A stretch of DNA of 64,000 nucleotides from positions 124,001-188,000 of IMG/VR virus record IMGVR_UViG_3300024239_000011. One strand, given 5' to 3'. The notes beneath the pieces are model-generated. The model searched no databases, was not told the origin of the DNA, and saw nothing but the letters and a program-made list of their open reading frames with translations. A program made the position numbers and the translations under genes. How positions within the stretch are numbered: the stretch's first letter is position 1; the number at the start of each line of letters is the position of its first letter. Positions 60,888-64,000 of the stretch are shown here, in pieces.

Positions 60888-62198
60888 TTATGTAATATTG
60901 TGGTTTCTCTTCGCCGCAGCCAATCTATAATTCGCTTTATGTTCCTCGGTACGTACTTTTCCCTTATTAGACTCACTCATCTTACGACGCCGTTCTCTCG
61001 CCTTTTCAACTCCATAAATTTCTTCGTATGTCTTACCACGCATATTTTCACCACGTTTCTGTGCTGCTGCTTTTATTCTCTCACGTGTTTCATCCGAGAT
61101 AGCACGATTGTGCATTGCCTCCCTAACCCGTTGTTTGGATTCTTCGGTCCACCCTTTTCGCACACGCTTCCATTTCCCCCATCCACGAATTTCTGCTTGT
61201 TTATTAAGATAGCGGGTGGAAATACCATACATCGCAGATAACTCTTTCTGGGGTATTTCACCAGCACGGTATAAAGGTTCAACTTCCTCCCAATTTACGA
61301 CAACCACTTCTTTTGGCGGTTTACGAGTATGCGTAGGTGGAGTTTGCCGTCCCGCCTCATAATCAAAATACAATTCCTCAATAGTTTTATGACAATCACT
61401 ACCTTTACTACTATTATCACTAATAGTGAGCATTCGCAGATTAGTCCAATGACCTATAATCTCAGGTGGGATATTGTTTCTAAAACCTTCTAATATACTG
61501 TAGATATGGTCAAGATGCCAGTATGAACCACGCTTATGACGTTCAGGATTAATCTTGTCGAAATAATCAATCCATGATTTTCGAGTGATTTCATATACAG
61601 CCGCATAATACAAATCACGTTCTTCCGTTTTTGGTTCCGCATTTCCGTTGGCAATCCGCGTTTCAAGAGACTTTTTTATAATGTCAGGGTGTTTCCATGG
61701 GTGATCGACACCGTACTTGTCCAGCCACGTTTGACGAAGTTTCTCCCTCCTATCGTCGTCCCATTGACATCCTGTGCGTTTGTGATTGCCATTTATTCTG
61801 CCTTCATTATATATCGTAAGATAATGCGCATACCCATCTTCATTATCTTTCGAATGCCAATGAGTATGACCGGTACGTTGACAATACGTTTCCATACGTT
61901 GCTTAACAAATTGTGGATCAGACGATTTTGCCGACCGTGAAAAATAAGTCAAATATCGGTTCTCAAACCATTTGACAAACTCGCCGGTCACTGGACAAAC
62001 AGGACGGTCATAAACCTCATTGATGATGTGCCACACCCGCTGTTTTGGTTTGGCATCATCAGGAAGAAATGCTGTTATCTGACAAATTTCTTCCCATAAA
62101 TCAGGATCGCGTTTGGATAAATACCGAATAGCAGACCGATTGTTATAGCCATTTTCGTATTGCGCAAGATATGCGGACAATTTTGCAAGAACATCCAT
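60888..62198 (-). CDS. HNH/NUMOD3-type homing endonuclease
   Basis: KYGVDHP, HLDHIYS...NLRML...N..K, NUMOD3-like C-terminus. Confidence 0.75.
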   Translation of the reverse strand: MDVLAKLSAYLAQYENGYNNRSAIRYLSKRDPDLWEEICQITAFLPDDAKPKQRVWHIINEVYDRPVCPVTGEFVKWFENRYLTYFSRSAKSSDPQFVKQRMETYCQRTGHTHWHSKDNEDGYAHYLTIYNEGRINGNHKRTGCQWDDDRREKLRQTWLDKYGVDHPWKHPDIIKKSLETRIANGNAEPKTEERDLYYAAVYEITRKSWIDYFDKINPERHKRGSYWHLDHIYSILEGFRNNIPPEIIGHWTNLRMLTISDNSSKGSDCHKTIEELYFDYEAGRQTPPTHTRKPPKEVVVVNWEEVEPLYRAGEIPQKELSAMYGISTRYLNKQAEIRGWGKWKRVRKGWTEESKQRVREAMHNRAISDETRERIKAAAQKRGENMRGKTYEEIYGVEKARERRRKMSESNKGKVRTEEHKANYRLAAAKRNHNIT

Positions 62199-62274
62199 AC
62201 TTCATCTCCGTCTGTTGATGAAGTATTTATCCAATTATAAAAGTCATATCAATTTTTAATATGTTTTCTTCAAA

Positions 62275-63060
62275 TTACCCGATAAGCAGCCCATATCCTT
62301 CTGAACCATCAATGTAGTTCTTCAGTTCCTCTTCCAATTTTTCAAGCTCAGCCATTGCTTCCGATTTGAGGGCATCACCGGGAAGTGATGTTCCGCCTTG
62401 CGGACCAACAATCGTCTGGAACTTTGCATAGGCGGTACCAAGCATCAATTTGGCTTGGGCGAGGGCAAAACTGCGAATCCAAGGACGCGCATAGTCATCA
62501 TTGAAAATTTCGACCTCGGGACGGAATGTATAAATCCACAGAACCGCAGTTTCAGGCGTATGGATTTGGCGATGGACCGTCAATTGTCGGGTGGTTGGGT
62601 TCCAGTGATAATTTAAATCACGCCCAAATAACCGCCCCGCAACTTCTTGAAACTGATGAAACAGATCAAAAGTAAGAAGTCCTCCTTGCCGCCCCGCATC
62701 CCGTAGATAAAGGTTGGTATAAGACATTGCAAATGGATCGATCTGGGAGCCACCAGTCTGTCCGCCGATACCACGTCGAAGAATCTGGCGAACTTCTTTG
62801 ACCTCGCGAGGCAGTATATATACCTGTTGATCAGGCTGAAGCTCAATAAAGCTGAATTTCTCTTCAACGGAATTACTAGCACGCTGACGGTACCGATCAA
62901 GAGCAAGATCGATAGCAAGGTCGTAATGTTCGGGGTCGAGTTCAATATCGACCATACCGCCACCCAGCATCATACCGAGTTCGGTTATCAATTTTTCACG
63001 GTTATAGATATAACCATGAAGCTCTTGGTCATGATTACCGGGCGTGGTCGTGGTCGTCAT
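62275..63060 (-). CDS. Neck protein (T4 gp13-like)
   Basis: LGGGMVDIELD...AIDLAL...KFQTIVGPQGG; TATAAATA at 63087-63094. Confidence 0.85.
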   Translation of the reverse strand: MTTTTTPGNHDQELHGYIYNREKLITELGMMLGGGMVDIELDPEHYDLAIDLALDRYRQRASNSVEEKFSFIELQPDQQVYILPREVKEVRQILRRGIGGQTGGSQIDPFAMSYTNLYLRDAGRQGGLLTFDLFHQFQEVAGRLFGRDLNYHWNPTTRQLTVHRQIHTPETAVLWIYTFRPEVEIFNDDYARPWIRSFALAQAKLMLGTAYAKFQTIVGPQGGTSLPGDALKSEAMAELEKLEEELKNYIDGSEGYGLLIG

Positions 63061-63123
63061 CGCGTTTCCCTTATATTACCTGAATGTATTTATAGGCAGT
63101 AGGGGTTTGCGATGACGATAGTA

Positions 63124-63834
63124 TTACTTCGTCAACCCGTCCAAGTATGTGGAAATTTGCTGTACCAATCGCCCAAACTCATTGCGGCGACGAATCATAG
63201 TTGACCGCATGGTACCTTGTGCAATCATCGTCTTGTACCCATCAGAAGTTTCGTTTGAATACATCGAGAACCGAGTTTCAATGGTAGATAGAACCTCTTT
63301 AACTTGATCCTTAGTTGCCCCCTCAATGGATAGCAGCTTAACCGGAGCTTCGCGATCCTTGAGTAGTTTATCCCCATTTTCAACCAAGGCTATAATCTTG
63401 GTTGCCATATCTACCGGGGTAAGTTTCTTATCAGATTTCTCAATTACGGGCGAGGATACAACAACCTTGTTGTTTTTGATGGCTTCCTTTCCTTCGGTAA
63501 TGATCTCGTTGACTTTCGTTTCGAGCCATTTTTTAGTATCTTCGGTTAGTGGAAAATCATGCTGCTCAAGATAAGCAACCTTACCGATTGTTGTGTAACG
63601 CCAATCCTCAAGCGCACCAAAAGCGTTCTTGGGTTCGATTTTATGATCGCGGGCATACCGTAGGGCATGTGTTTTCAGGGTTTTTGCATCCAACGTTTCT
63701 TGAAGTACACTCAGGCAACGTAGGTACAGTTGACGGTAATTCGGGCTTTTCACCGTTACCCCAGAAAAATCAGGCAATCCCTTCATATCGTCCCTCGTTT
63801 GGTATTGAAAATTGAAGGGTAGCGAAACACTCAC
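63124..63834 (-). CDS. Hypothetical phage protein
   Basis: 236-aa ORF. Confidence 0.6.
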   Translation of the reverse strand: MSVSLPFNFQYQTRDDMKGLPDFSGVTVKSPNYRQLYLRCLSVLQETLDAKTLKTHALRYARDHKIEPKNAFGALEDWRYTTIGKVAYLEQHDFPLTEDTKKWLETKVNEIITEGKEAIKNNKVVVSSPVIEKSDKKLTPVDMATKIIALVENGDKLLKDREAPVKLLSIEGATKDQVKEVLSTIETRFSMYSNETSDGYKTMIAQGTMRSTMIRRRNEFGRLVQQISTYLDGLTK

Positions 63835-64000
63835 CCCTATGTCAATTTTCCCAACAAGGGCTAAATACTTCTAAATGGGGGTGCCATATGGAGGAAATAA
63901 AGGGAATACTGGAAAATCCACTTACTGTCGGATATTTTTCCGCCATTTTGAGTTTAATTATTGGGTTGATTGTCAAAGATATCGCAATCAATTTTGTTTC

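Overview
This window is part of a large, T4-like (myovirus) jumbo phage genome, probably infecting an alphaproteobacterium (inferred from host-like AspRS, PhaZ, CheY, FliG-C and AI-2E genes). Structural and late genes are present: tail sheath, gp13-like neck protein and TAAATA late promoters. So are six free-standing homing endonucleases, many auxiliary metabolic genes and about 33 tRNA genes, nearly all Leu/Ser/Pro/Gln/His/Tyr, mostly in a minus-strand array at about 29.8-38.8 kb. The array holds many non-canonical RNAs: 8/4 tRNAs, short-arm Leu tRNAs, long-arm Gln tRNAs, two YrlA-like Y RNAs and a short tmRNA-like RNA. The best candidate for a new system is tRNA-starvation sensing. (1) A classical four-segment ribosome-dependent attenuator lies upstream of the array, and its 49-aa leader is built from codons for the same amino acids the array supplies. 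(2) A minimal HisRS gene inside the array is split by a prfB-like +1 frameshift site with a His codon in the A site. All calls were made by eye from the sequence and ORF track; no searches or folding programs were run.
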